Below are positions 40,246 to 50,450 of a DNA stretch of 64,000 nt, piece after piece. The notes under the pieces are model-generated. The model did not search any database. It had not been told where the DNA came from and saw only the letters and a list, made by a program, of their open reading frames with translations. Position 1 is the first letter of the stretch. Each line of letters opens with the position of its first letter. A program made the translations under genes and the position numbers. Source of the DNA: Tubiluchus corallicola (taxonomy: Eukaryota > Animalia > Priapulida); NCBI GenBank assembly GCA_030141605.1, contig JAQGDQ010002393.1, positions 64,246 through 128,245 of the forward strand, written 5' to 3'.

Positions 40246-41460
40246 TTAGTTCTTGGTTAAGTAGTTCATATTTGCAATGGCTTTGTGGAGTTCTGTGGTG
40301 GCTTTACTTAAATCTATTTGATAAGTAAGCAATGTTTCGTACCATTTTATAAGGTTTTCTATGTCATTGTCTGATGCAAAGTATTCTACTTGCACAATAC
40401 TCAAAGCTTGTTGGGTTTTGATTAGTAAGGTTTGATAAAGTTTTATATCGTTTTGTGCTGTGTTGTATTGCTCCTTAGCTATTTGATATTGTAGTAACAA
40501 ATCGTTCTTTGTTTCTTGTGCTTTTATTATAGCTTTTTCTTTTTGCAATGTAGCTTGTTTTACTTTTGCTTTATTTTTTTTGAAATATATGGGTAGTGAT
40601 ATACTTACCATTGGCATTATTGCATTTTCGCCTCCTACATTTTCGTCCTTGCTAATAAAAGCATAATCCAAGCCTATTCCCAGCATTGGTTTGTTGCTGC
40701 GATGTGTGGCTTTCAGTTTATGCTCCATTGCTTCTACTTGTTTTTTTGCACTGTTGAGTTCATTGTGCTGAGCAATAGTAGATAAAAAGATGGTATCACT
40801 TACTGCAGACAATGTATCTACTATATATATGGATGCTTTTTCATCTCTGTTGAGTGCAAGGTTGAATTTTGTAGTTGCCACTTGTTTTTGACTGTTGAGA
40901 GTTTTTATTTTATTTTTTAGTTTGTCGATTGCCATTTGCACTTCTAACACATCCACAAGACTTGAATTGTTGTTTTGAAGTTTAGTAGTTATTTGGTTTT
41001 CCAATGTTTTAAGAAGGAGTGTTTGCTGTTTGATAAGGTCTATGTTCTTTTGTATAAAGTATAACTCATACCAGTTGTTCTTTATTTCTCTAACAAGGTC
41101 TTTTTGTTCCGACAAGTACTTTTCATATAAGGCTTCTGTTTCTGCTTGGCTGTGTTTTTTGTGAGCTTTTAATGTGCCAAACCAGGGGATGGGCTGCATT
41201 GCCGATATTTTAGCGTCTTGCGAGCCTTGTTTTGTCTCTATGGGTGTAATGGCGTAGCCTACTGATAGTGTAGGCTCTGGCAAAGTCTTGGAAATTTGTA
41301 TTTGCTCTTTGGCAGCTTCATAGGCTTTATGCTGTGCTTGTAGGTGTGGGTTGTTTTCTATGGCTATGTTTATGTAGTGTTGCAAACTGTCGTTATTAGT
41401 TTGTGCTAATAAGACGATGGATAAAAACCAAAGTAGTATTGTGAGTTTGTGTGTTTTCAT
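40246..41460 (-). CDS. TolC/CusC family outer-membrane efflux protein
   Basis: AIENNP, Q.IPWFG, SLPIY, helical repeats; lies between the RND permease and the adaptor. Confidence 0.88.
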   Translation of the reverse strand: MKTHKLTILLWFLSIVLLAQTNNDSLQHYINIAIENNPHLQAQHKAYEAAKEQIQISKTLPEPTLSVGYAITPIETKQGSQDAKISAMQPIPWFGTLKAHKKHSQAETEALYEKYLSEQKDLVREIKNNWYELYFIQKNIDLIKQQTLLLKTLENQITTKLQNNNSSLVDVLEVQMAIDKLKNKIKTLNSQKQVATTKFNLALNRDEKASIYIVDTLSAVSDTIFLSTIAQHNELNSAKKQVEAMEHKLKATHRSNKPMLGIGLDYAFISKDENVGGENAIMPMVSISLPIYFKKNKAKVKQATLQKEKAIIKAQETKNDLLLQYQIAKEQYNTAQNDIKLYQTLLIKTQQALSIVQVEYFASDNDIENLIKWYETLLTYQIDLSKATTELHKAIANMNYLTKN

Positions 41461-41529
41461 CTTTTATTGTTTAATATTTCTTTTTCCTTTCGTTCGCTTC
41501 GGGCTTAATGCTTTTTTTATTAGGTGGTT

Positions 41530-44500
41530 TCATTTCTTTTTCATTTTATATTCTTGCCATTGGCAGTAGAGTAGGGGTATTACAAATAATGTGATAATCT
41601 CAAATATCATTCCACCAAAAATAGGTATTGCCATAGGTATCATTATGTCTGCTCCTCGCCCTGTGGAAGTAAGAATAGGAAGCAATGCCAGTAATGTGGT
41701 GGCTGTGGTCATTAGGCAGGGACGTATTCTTTTGTTTCCTGCTTCTATTACTGATGTATGTATTTCTTGGATTGTCTGAGGTTTGTTTTTTTCAAAGGTT
41801 TGGTCTAAATAGGTTGTCATTATCACTCCATCATCAGTAGCTATTCCAAAAAGAGCAATAAATCCTACCCACACTGCTACACTCAAATATATTTCCTTTA
41901 TTTGTAATAACTCTCGGAAGTTGATACCGAAGATGGAAAAATTCAAAAAATAAGGTTGTCCATAGAGCCATATCAAAATGAAACCACCTGCAAAGGCAAC
42001 TAAAATACCACTAAATACCATTAAGGTAGTAGGTATTTTTTTGAATTGTAGGTAGAGTATTAGAAAAATGATAATAAAAACCACAGGAATAACAAGTGAT
42101 AGGCGTTTGTTAGCTCTTATTTGGTTTTCGTAGTTACCCGTAAATTGATAAGATATCCCATTAGGAACTTCAAGCTGGTTGTTGTTTATTTGAGTTTGTA
42201 GATAGGATTGTGCATTATTCACCACATTTACCTCAGAGTATCCTTGTTCTTTATCAAATATAACATACCCTACCAAGAAAGTATTCTCACTCTTGATACT
42301 TTGAGCTCCTTGTTTATATTTTATGCTTGCCAGTTCATTCAGCGGTACAGATATCCCCACATTAGTAGGTATTAATATTTTTTCAAGCATTTCGGGAGTA
42401 TCTCTAAACTCACGGGCGTAACGCACACGTATAGGGTAGCGCTCTCTTCCCTCTACTGTACTACCCAGTTTGATACCGCCTACTGCAATAGATATATGAT
42501 GTTGAAGGTCATTGACATTCAAGCCATATCTGGCAATAGATGCTCTGTTGAGATGTATTTCTATATAAGGTTTTCCCACTATCCTATCAGCAAATACAGA
42601 GGCTTTTTTTACACCTTTTACATTTCTTAGTTGTTGTTCTAATTCTAAACCGAACTGCTCCATCTTTTTGAGGTCATCACCCAATATCTTTATACCCATA
42701 GATGCCCTCATTCCTGTTTGCAACATTACAAGGCGAGTTTCTATTGGTTGTAGTTTTGGGGCAGATGTAACGCCTGTTATTTGCGTGCTGTTTTGTATTT
42801 CTTTCCAGATATCATCAGACGATTTTATATGTTTTCTCCACTGTCGGTAAAATTTTCCTTTAGGGTCTTCTACAAGCTCACCATTAGCATCTTTTACATA
42901 ATTTCCCTGCTCATTTACGGCAAATCTCAATCTTTTGCCTCTATCATCAGTAATGTATTCTGTTTTGTAGTTGATAACATTTTCATACATTGAAATAGGT
43001 GCAGGGTCTAATGAGGAGTTCACTCTACCCAGTTTTCCTACCACACTTTCTATTTCAGGTATGGAAGCCACTGCTATATCTAGTTGTTTTAATACTCTTT
43101 TGTTCTCCTCTATCCCTGCATTGGGCATTGAGGTAGGCATCAAAAGAAATGACCCTTCATCTAAGGCAGGCATAAACTCTTTGCCTACTCCTGCAAAATT
43201 TTGCTCTAAATACTGCCAAGTAGTTGTGTTGCGAATGTTTAACCCTGCGAGGTCAAATGTGCGAGGAATGAAACCAAATACATTGTTCCACCCCAACCAT
43301 ACTGTTAATCCCCCAATAATGATAAATGTAGGGACACTCAAAGCAATTTTTTTGTTGATTAAAACATATTGTAAAATAAGTTTATAATACTTGATGAACA
43401 GTAAAAATGAACCAAGTAGCAAGACAATGTTGATACAGACAAATACATAGTTGGAAAATATAGTTTTAGAGGCTCCCAGAGGCAACCATTCTCTTGCCAA
43501 TAAATAAGTTATTGCAAGAGCAACAAGGCCAATGTTGGTTATTTTATGATAAGGTTTGAATAGGGAATAATACTGTCCTGCTATGTTAGCAACACCAAGA
43601 ATAAGTGCCAACACGCCAAGAGCAATGCTATAATTAATACTGATGTATAAGCTAAGAGGTATAAGAAAAATATTAAGCAATATTTTTATTTTTCTTCTTT
43701 TCACTTTCCATTTGAATAGGAAGTAAGCAAGTGTGGGCAATATGGTTATAGCTATAAGCAAGGTTGCTAGTAATACGTAGGTTTTAGTAAAGGCTAGGGG
43801 ACGAAATAATTTGCCTTCGGCGGCTTGCATTGTGAAAACAGGTATAAAGCTGACAATGGTAGTGAGTGTTGCAGTAACAACGGCTGGAGTTACCTCAGTA
43901 ATAGCTTTGTATATGGTGTGGAGTAGGGTAGGAGTTTTGTTTTCTTTGATGTGTCTTATGATGTTTTCGGAGATAACTATACCTATATCTACCAGAGTGC
44001 CTATAGCTATGGCTATACCTGACAAAGCTACTATGTTAGCATCTACCTGTGTGTGTTTCATAACAATGAAACAGCTCAGCACGGCAATGGGTATGAGTGA
44101 GGAAATTAGTAGACTTGCTTGTAGGTTCATCACCATAATGATAATGACAATAGCAGTAATAATCATTTCAAGTGTAAGAGCTTCTTCTAATGTTCCAAGG
44201 GTTTCATTGATAAGTACCGTTCTGTCGTAAAAAGGAACAATGTTTACTTTTGATATTCTACCATCGGGCAACTGTTTGGAAGGTAAACTTTGAGCAATTT
44301 CTTTTATTTTGTTCTTTACGTTGCTGACAACCTGCAAGGGATTGGCTCCGTAACGAGCCACTACTACTCCGCCTACTACTTCTGCTCCTGCTTTGTCTAA
44401 TACTCCTCTCCGTTCGGCAGGTCCATAGTTTACCATAGCCACATCCTTTACACGTATAGGGGTTTTATTTCTTACTGCTACTACTGCTTGCTCTATATCT

Positions 44501-45276
44501 TCCAGTTGTTTTACATAGCCGATACCTCTTACAAAATACTCTACTTGGTTGATTTCTATGGTTCTAGCTCCTATGTCCGAATTAGAATTTTTTACGGCAT
44601 TGGCTATTTGCATAATATCTACTTTGTGGGCTTGCATAGCATTAGGGTCTACATCTATTTGATATTCTTTGACAAAACCCCCGATAGATGCTACTTCGGA
44701 TACGCCTTGTGCAGAAGATAGTGCATAGCGGACTTGAAAATCTTGTATTGTTCGTAATTCGTGTAGGTCCCATCCTCCCGTAACATTACCTTGTGTGTCT
44801 TCACCTTCAAGTGTATACCAAAATATCTGTCCAAGAGCAGTGGCGTCAGGGCCTAAAGCAGGCTGTGTACCGTCTGGTAGAAGGTTGGCAGGTAGTGAAT
44901 TTAGTTTCTCTAATATACGGGAACGACTCTGGTAAAAGTCCATATCATCTTCAAATATGATATAGATACTAGAAAAACCAAACATAGAGTTGCTACGTAT
45001 GGTTTTCACACCGGGTATTCCAAGCAGTGAGGTAGATAGTGGATAACTTATTTGGTCTTCTATGTCCTGTGGTGAACGTCCGTCCCATTGAGTAAAAACT
45101 ATTTGCTGGTTTTCACCTATATCAGGTATGGCATCTACAGGTACAGGAGATTGTGGCAATCCTGCTACTTCCCACCTAAATGGAGAGGTAATAATGCCCC
45201 AAATGATAAGTGTAGATAATAGGACGACTGTAATAAGCCTGTTTTCTAAAAAGAATTTAATAATGTTATTTATCAT
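41530..45276 (-). CDS. cusA: CusA-like heavy-metal RND efflux permease (long Bacteroidota type)
   Basis: PVDAIPD, GPDATALGQ, GIAIAIGTLVD, LFRPLA.TK; Met-triad-like LLMP, ISMYE and RLVMLQTG; RIRPCLMT. Confidence 0.9.
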   Translation of the reverse strand: MINNIIKFFLENRLITVVLLSTLIIWGIITSPFRWEVAGLPQSPVPVDAIPDIGENQQIVFTQWDGRSPQDIEDQISYPLSTSLLGIPGVKTIRSNSMFGFSSIYIIFEDDMDFYQSRSRILEKLNSLPANLLPDGTQPALGPDATALGQIFWYTLEGEDTQGNVTGGWDLHELRTIQDFQVRYALSSAQGVSEVASIGGFVKEYQIDVDPNAMQAHKVDIMQIANAVKNSNSDIGARTIEINQVEYFVRGIGYVKQLEDIEQAVVAVRNKTPIRVKDVAMVNYGPAERRGVLDKAGAEVVGGVVVARYGANPLQVVSNVKNKIKEIAQSLPSKQLPDGRISKVNIVPFYDRTVLINETLGTLEEALTLEMIITAIVIIIMVMNLQASLLISSLIPIAVLSCFIVMKHTQVDANIVALSGIAIAIGTLVDIGIVISENIIRHIKENKTPTLLHTIYKAITEVTPAVVTATLTTIVSFIPVFTMQAAEGKLFRPLAFTKTYVLLATLLIAITILPTLAYFLFKWKVKRRKIKILLNIFLIPLSLYISINYSIALGVLALILGVANIAGQYYSLFKPYHKITNIGLVALAITYLLAREWLPLGASKTIFSNYVFVCINIVLLLGSFLLFIKYYKLILQYVLINKKIALSVPTFIIIGGLTVWLGWNNVFGFIPRTFDLAGLNIRNTTTWQYLEQNFAGVGKEFMPALDEGSFLLMPTSMPNAGIEENKRVLKQLDIAVASIPEIESVVGKLGRVNSSLDPAPISMYENVINYKTEYITDDRGKRLRFAVNEQGNYVKDANGELVEDPKGKFYRQWRKHIKSSDDIWKEIQNSTQITGVTSAPKLQPIETRLVMLQTGMRASMGIKILGDDLKKMEQFGLELEQQLRNVKGVKKASVFADRIVGKPYIEIHLNRASIARYGLNVNDLQHHISIAVGGIKLGSTVEGRERYPIRVRYAREFRDTPEMLEKILIPTNVGISVPLNELASIKYKQGAQSIKSENTFLVGYVIFDKEQGYSEVNVVNNAQSYLQTQINNNQLEVPNGISYQFTGNYENQIRANKRLSLVIPVVFIIIFLILYLQFKKIPTTLMVFSGILVAFAGGFILIWLYGQPYFLNFSIFGINFRELLQIKEIYLSVAVWVGFIALFGIATDDGVIMTTYLDQTFEKNKPQTIQEIHTSVIEAGNKRIRPCLMTTATTLLALLPILTSTGRGADIMIPMAIPIFGGMIFEIITLFVIPLLYCQWQEYKMKKK

Positions 45277-45396
45277 TTCTTTTTCTTTAAAATATGGTAA
45301 TAATCAGTTTTTTAACCTGTAATTGATGCTACATTGGCTAAATATAACTACTTGATTAAGAATAAAGAACCTTTATATTAAAAAAGAAAAAGAATA

Positions 45397-45759
45397 TTAA
45401 CAGCGAAAATTTTGCAAAAGAATGGAAAGTTTCGGAGGGGAGTGATAGTAATTAGTAAAACTGTATTGAGTACTAATAATGTTTTGCTTTTTAGATAAGA
45501 GATAATTAGAGTAGGGTGGAAGTGAAAGAGAAGTAATATTAATGTGAGAGTAATTGGTAGCAAGAAAATCATCTGCTAATTTTAGCTCTATGTTTTTGTT
45601 ATCGCAGCATTTACAAGATGATTCGCAGCAGGATTTTGCTTCTCCTATTATTGAAATAGAGTAAAGTTCTCCTTTAGAATAATGTGCATTAACATTAATT
45701 CCCGCATAGGAAATTAATAAAAAAAATGCTATGATTATATATGTAATCTTTTTAAACAT
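45397..45759 (-). CDS. Small Cys-rich protein, HYC_CC_PP-like, first gene of the metal-efflux operon
   Basis: N-terminal hydrophobic helix, AHYS, SCCESSCKCC, HSPP, ends FRC. Confidence 0.75.
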   Translation of the reverse strand: MFKKITYIIIAFFLLISYAGINVNAHYSKGELYSISIIGEAKSCCESSCKCCDNKNIELKLADDFLATNYSHINITSLSLPPYSNYLLSKKQNIISTQYSFTNYYHSPPKLSILLQNFRC

Positions 45760-45788
45760 TTATTCTTAAATAAAGTTACCCCTTAATA

Positions 45789-45819
45789 CAAATATAGCAT
45801 TATTTTTCTTAAAAGCAAA
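45789..45819 (-). promoter_or_regulatory. Bacteroidota -33/-7 promoter of the metal-efflux operon
   Basis: On the minus strand: TTTG (45816-19), a 19 bp spacer, then TATATTTG (45789-96). Confidence 0.7.
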
Positions 45820-45922
45820 GATTATACAAAGATCATTTGAAAAAATAATCAGAACTATTAAAAGATTAATAGCAAATTATATACGGGTGTATGTTTCTTA
45901 TTATAATTTGAATAGGGCATTT

Positions 45923-46870
45923 TTACTTTATACGCAACATTCTTTCTATTGGTTTGTAGGCTTTTTTAGCAATAGCTTCAGTTACTTTTATTTCATTTTC
46001 TTTTTCTAATAGGGTAGTATATAGGCTTTCTAAGTTTATCATTTTCATATACTTACACACGGCTTCCTGATAAGCAGGATAGAATTTTTTTTTGGGATTA
46101 TCTTTTCTCAGCCTGTGCAGTATGCCTGTTTCTGTAGCTATTACAAATTCTTTAGAGGTTGATTGTCTTGCGTATTTCATCATCCCTTCTGTAGAACATA
46201 TTTTTACCATACGTCTTTTTTCAGGGGGCATATTAATTGTTTTAGCAAGGCAAGAAGTAGAACAACCACATTCAGGGTGTATCAAAAATTCTGCATCAAC
46301 AAGTTTTTCTTGCATTTTGCTTATTTGTGTATCATCTATCTCGTCGTGAACATGACATGCTCCATTCCATATCTTCATAGTTCTACCTGTCATTTTTTTC
46401 ACATATTGTCCAAGGTGTTTATCAGGTAAAAACAATATCATTTTATTTTTAGGAATAGCGTTAACTACTTTTACTGCATTAGAAGATGTACAACAATAGT
46501 CTGTTTCTGCCTTAACTTCTGCAGAAGTATTGATATAAGATACGACTACAGCACCGGGGTGCTTTGCTTTCCATTTTTTTAATTGGTCAGCGGTAATAGT
46601 TTCTGCCAAGGAGCATCCTGCATTTAGGTTGGGCAGTAATACTTTTTTATTGGGTGAGATGATAGAGGCTGTTTCTGCCATAAAGTGTACTCCGCAAAAT
46701 ACAATTATGTCTGCTTTAGAGTCTGCTGCTTGTTGAGATAAGCCTAATGAGTCTCCTGTAAAATCAGCTATATCTTGTATTTCTGGCAACTGGTAATTGT
46801 GTGCTAATATAATAGCATTTTTCTGCTTCTTTAAGGCTTTTATCTCCGTAATCAAATCTTCTTGTTTCAT
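45923..46870 (-). CDS. nadA: Quinolinate synthase
   Basis: LAHNYQ, GDSLGL, FCGVHFMAET, GCSLA, CHVH, HPEC, CKYMK. Confidence 0.96.
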   Translation of the reverse strand: MKQEDLITEIKALKKQKNAIILAHNYQLPEIQDIADFTGDSLGLSQQAADSKADIIVFCGVHFMAETASIISPNKKVLLPNLNAGCSLAETITADQLKKWKAKHPGAVVVSYINTSAEVKAETDYCCTSSNAVKVVNAIPKNKMILFLPDKHLGQYVKKMTGRTMKIWNGACHVHDEIDDTQISKMQEKLVDAEFLIHPECGCSTSCLAKTINMPPEKRRMVKICSTEGMMKYARQSTSKEFVIATETGILHRLRKDNPKKKFYPAYQEAVCKYMKMINLESLYTTLLEKENEIKVTEAIAKKAYKPIERMLRIK

Positions 46871-46906
46871 TCAAATAGAAGTTTTTTTATACGTGTTTTT
46901 TCACAA

Positions 46907-48499
46907 TTAATCGTCGTTCATTGAAATAAGGAACTCTTCATTAGTTTGTGTATTTTTCATACGTTCTTTTAAGAATTCCATCGCTTCAGTAGCATTCATA
47001 TCTGCAAGGTAGTTTCTAAGTATCCAAATACGGTTAAGTGCATCTTTGTTGAGTAATAAATCTTCCCTTCGTGTGCTGGATAATGTAATATCTACCGCAG
47101 GATATATTCTTCTATTAGATAATTTTCTATCTAATTGCAATTCCATATTACCTGTACCTTTAAACTCTTCAAATATAACTTCATCCATTTTAGAGCCTGT
47201 TTCTGTAAGAGCTGTGGCAAGTATAGTAAGTGAGCCACCATTCTCTATATTTCTTGCGGCTCCAAAGAAGCGTTTAGGTTTATGAAGAGCATTGGCATCT
47301 ACCCCTCCTGACAATATTTTACCTGATGCAGGCGATACTGTATTATAGGCTCTTGCAAGGCGAGTGATGGAGTCTAATAATATTACTACATCGTGTCCGC
47401 ATTCTACCATTCTTTTGGCTTTTTCTATTACCATATTAGCGACTTTCACGTGTTTCTCAGCAGGTTCATCAAAAGTAGATGATATAACTTCTGCATCTAC
47501 GTTGCGAGCCATATCTGTAACTTCTTCAGGTCTTTCATCTATAAGTAATATAATAAGATAAACTTCAGGGTGGTTTTCTGCTATGGCGTTTGCAACTTCT
47601 TTTAGCAATACTGTTTTACCTGTTTTAGGCTGTGCTACTATCAATCCTCTTTGTCCTTTCCCAATAGGTGCGAAGAGATCTATAATTCGAGGAGACATTC
47701 TTTGTTTTACAGAATTGGGATTGACGATAGTAAATTTTTCTTCGGGAAAGAGGGGTACCAAGTAATCAAATGCCACTCTATCTTTCATTTCCTCTGCTTT
47801 TCTTCCATTGGCTTCCAAAACTTTGGTAAGTGGGAAGTATTTCTCTCCTTCTTTGGGGGGGCGAACTTCTCCAAGTATTACATCACCTGTTTTTAAGCCA
47901 AAGTATTTTATTTGAGATTGAGAAACATAAATATCATCAGGTGAATTAAGATAATTATAGTATGCAGATCTAAGAAAACCATAGCCTTCAGGTAGTACTT
48001 CAAGGACTCCTTCTCCTGTTATAATTCCGTCAAACTCGGTAGGCTCTAAGTTTTCCTTTTGCTTATTTTGTTTGTAGTGCTGTTTTCCTTGTTGTCCTTT
48101 GTGTTGTTGTTTATTACTGTCACCACTATTGGTATTGATACGTTGTTTATTCATATCATGTTTTTTTGGTTGATAAGTAGTAGGTTTTGGATTTGGTTTT
48201 TTATCTTCTTTCTTGATAGGTTGTTTATATGTTTCTTTTTGCTTAGGAGTTTCAGTTTTTGATATTTCTTTTACGGTTTCTCTTTTCTCTTTTACGGTTT
48301 CTCTTTTCTCTTTTACAGCTTCTCTTTTCTCTTTTACTGGCTTTGATTTTATGCTGGCTGCTGTAATTGCTTGTTTATCTAATATTTTATAAATAAGTTC
48401 TTGTCTTTTGTCGTTTTCTATTCTTTTTAGTCCAATTTCCTTAGCTATTTTTCTAAGCTCAGTAACGACCTTTTTTTCTAATTCTAGGATGTTATACAT
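46907..48499 (-). CDS. rho: Transcription termination factor Rho with low-complexity insertion
   Basis: [40 protein letters not shown]. Confidence 0.98.
   Translation of the reverse strand: MYNILELEKKVVTELRKIAKEIGLKRIENDKRQELIYKILDKQAITAASIKSKPVKEKREAVKEKRETVKEKRETVKEISKTETPKQKETYKQPIKKEDKKPNPKPTTYQPKKHDMNKQRINTNSGDSNKQQHKGQQGKQHYKQNKQKENLEPTEFDGIITGEGVLEVLPEGYGFLRSAYYNYLNSPDDIYVSQSQIKYFGLKTGDVILGEVRPPKEGEKYFPLTKVLEANGRKAEEMKDRVAFDYLVPLFPEEKFTIVNPNSVKQRMSPRIIDLFAPIGKGQRGLIVAQPKTGKTVLLKEVANAIAENHPEVYLIILLIDERPEEVTDMARNVDAEVISSTFDEPAEKHVKVANMVIEKAKRMVECGHDVVILLDSITRLARAYNTVSPASGKILSGGVDANALHKPKRFFGAARNIENGGSLTILATALTETGSKMDEVIFEEFKGTGNMELQLDRKLSNRRIYPAVDITLSSTRREDLLLNKDALNRIWILRNYLADMNATEAMEFLKERMKNTQTNEEFLISMNDD
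48267..48337. repeat. 21-bp in-frame tandem repeat (about 3.4 copies) inside rho
   Basis: TCTTTTACGGTTTCTCTTTTC twice exactly, plus one variant and a partial copy; encodes VKEKRE(A/T). Confidence 0.92.
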
Positions 48500-48784
48500 A
48501 ATTTAAAATAAGTTTTATAGTTTAAACAATTGTTATTGTCGTTAATATATATATAAATAATAAAAGCGAGATAATTTGTATATATAGTGGAATAATTAAA
48601 TTTTTAAGAAATGAAAGAAGTATTTCAGGCAATAAAAGAAAGAAATAATAAGTTATATTAATAAAAGTAGTAAACAAAAATCAAATTTAATTTTGGATAA
48701 AAAATTTAAATAGATACGCAAAGAAAAAACTAAAAAACCAAAAAACCAAAAATATTTTAAGATTATTTATTTTAAAAATAATTT

Positions 48785-49633
48785 TTGATGCGACAGTTGA
48801 GGATTTCCAAACAGATAACAAGTAGAGAGTTCCTTTCTTTAGACAAGTACTTGAACGATATAAATAAGATTGATTTAATTACCAGCGAAGAAGAAGTTAC
48901 TTTGACTAGGAAGATAAAGAAAGGTGATAAGGCAGCCTTAAACAAGCTAGTTCGCTCTAATTTACGTTTTGTAATATCTGTTGCAAAACAATACCAGAAT
49001 CAGGGTCTAGGCCTAGAAGACTTAATTAATGAGGGCAATATAGGTTTGATAAAAGCAGCTTCTCGTTTTGATGAAACGAAAGGATTTAAGTTTATTTCTT
49101 ATGCTGTATGGTGGATACGTCAGTCTATTTTACAGGCATTGGCAGAAAAATCAAGAATGGTAAGGTTGCCTTTAAATAAGTTAGGCAACATTAGTAAGGT
49201 TAGCAAAGCATATGCAGAGTTGGAACAAGAATTGAAAAGAAAGCCTACAAATGAGGAAATAGCAAAACATTTAAATTTAAAATTAAAAGAAGTAAAAGAA
49301 GCTTTGACTATAGATAAAGATAGTATATCTATGGATGCTCCTTTAAAAGCTGGTGAAGAAGAGTATAATTTACACGATATGCTATTAAGCAATTATGCAT
49401 ATAATCCTGAAAAAGAAATGGAAAAAACATCTATGAAAAATGAAGTAAATAACTTATTATCTCATTTATCAGAACGTGATGTTAATATTTTAAAAAGCTA
49501 TTATGGATTGGAAGAATCTCCCCCTCTTTCTTTAGATGAAGTAGGACGAAAATTTGGACTAACGCGAGAAAGAGTAAGACAAATAAAAGAAATAGCTTTA
49601 AAAAAACTAAAAAAATATATGAAAAGAAATTGA
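48785..49633 (+). CDS. RpoD/SigA-type sigma-70 factor lacking region 1.1 (Bacteroidota type)
   Basis: MRQLRI start, NLRFVISVAKQY, GFKFISYAVWWIRQSI, LTRERVRQI. Confidence 0.93.
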   Translation: MMRQLRISKQITSREFLSLDKYLNDINKIDLITSEEEVTLTRKIKKGDKAALNKLVRSNLRFVISVAKQYQNQGLGLEDLINEGNIGLIKAASRFDETKGFKFISYAVWWIRQSILQALAEKSRMVRLPLNKLGNISKVSKAYAELEQELKRKPTNEEIAKHLNLKLKEVKEALTIDKDSISMDAPLKAGEEEYNLHDMLLSNYAYNPEKEMEKTSMKNEVNNLLSHLSERDVNILKSYYGLEESPPLSLDEVGRKFGLTRERVRQIKEIALKKLKKYMKRN

Positions 49634-49722
49634 AAAGTTCTTTTTTATGATCCTTCTTTCCGAATATTTATGTTATTTTTGCTATATTCTTTCTTTCACA
49701 TTGTATAATAATTGTATCAAAA

Positions 49723-50370
49723 ATGCCTCTTAAAGTATCACCTTCTTTACTTTCTGCCAATTTTCTAAATTTATCTCGCGATATTGAGATGATAAATAGA
49801 AGTGCTGCTGACTGGTTTCATATAGATGTAATGGATGGTGTTTTTGTTCCTAATATTTCTTTTGGATTTTCTATTATCAGTCAAATAAAAAAAATAGCAC
49901 AAAAGCCTTTGGATGTGCATCTTATGATTGTAGAACCTGATAAATATATTAAAAAATGTAAAGAAGTAGGGGCAGATATTCTTACTGTTCATTACGAGAC
50001 TTCAACCCATTTGCACCGTACCATCTCTGAAATTAAAAAAAATGGAATGAAAGCAGGGGTTTCTATTAATCCTCATACACCTGTTAGTTTATTGAACGAT
50101 ATTATACAAGAAGTTGATTTAGTGCTACTTATGTCTGTTAATCCAGGTTTTGGTGGACAAAAATTTATAGAAAATACCTATCGTAAAATAGTAGAATTGA
50201 AAGAATTAATACTTCAAAAAGAATTGAATGTAGAAATAGAAATAGATGGAGGGGTAGATAATACCAATGCTAAGAAACTAACAGAATGTGGAGCTACAGT
50301 TTTAGTAGCAGGCAACTACATATTCACTCACGACGACCCATTAAATGCAATAGAAAAACTAAAAAACTAA
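49723..50370 (+). CDS. rpe: Ribulose-phosphate 3-epimerase
   Basis: HIDVMDG, DVHLM, MSVNPGFGGQ, IDGG; TATTTTTG -7 box at 49674-81. Confidence 0.97.
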   Translation: MPLKVSPSLLSANFLNLSRDIEMINRSAADWFHIDVMDGVFVPNISFGFSIISQIKKIAQKPLDVHLMIVEPDKYIKKCKEVGADILTVHYETSTHLHRTISEIKKNGMKAGVSINPHTPVSLLNDIIQEVDLVLLMSVNPGFGGQKFIENTYRKIVELKELILQKELNVEIEIDGGVDNTNAKKLTECGATVLVAGNYIFTHDDPLNAIEKLKN

Positions 50371-50450
50371 ATCTTGAATATTTTTTTTGTAAAAAAAGAA
50401 AACCTTCTATTTTTGCATCCGTAACTTTTGTCTTACTTTTTTAAAATACA

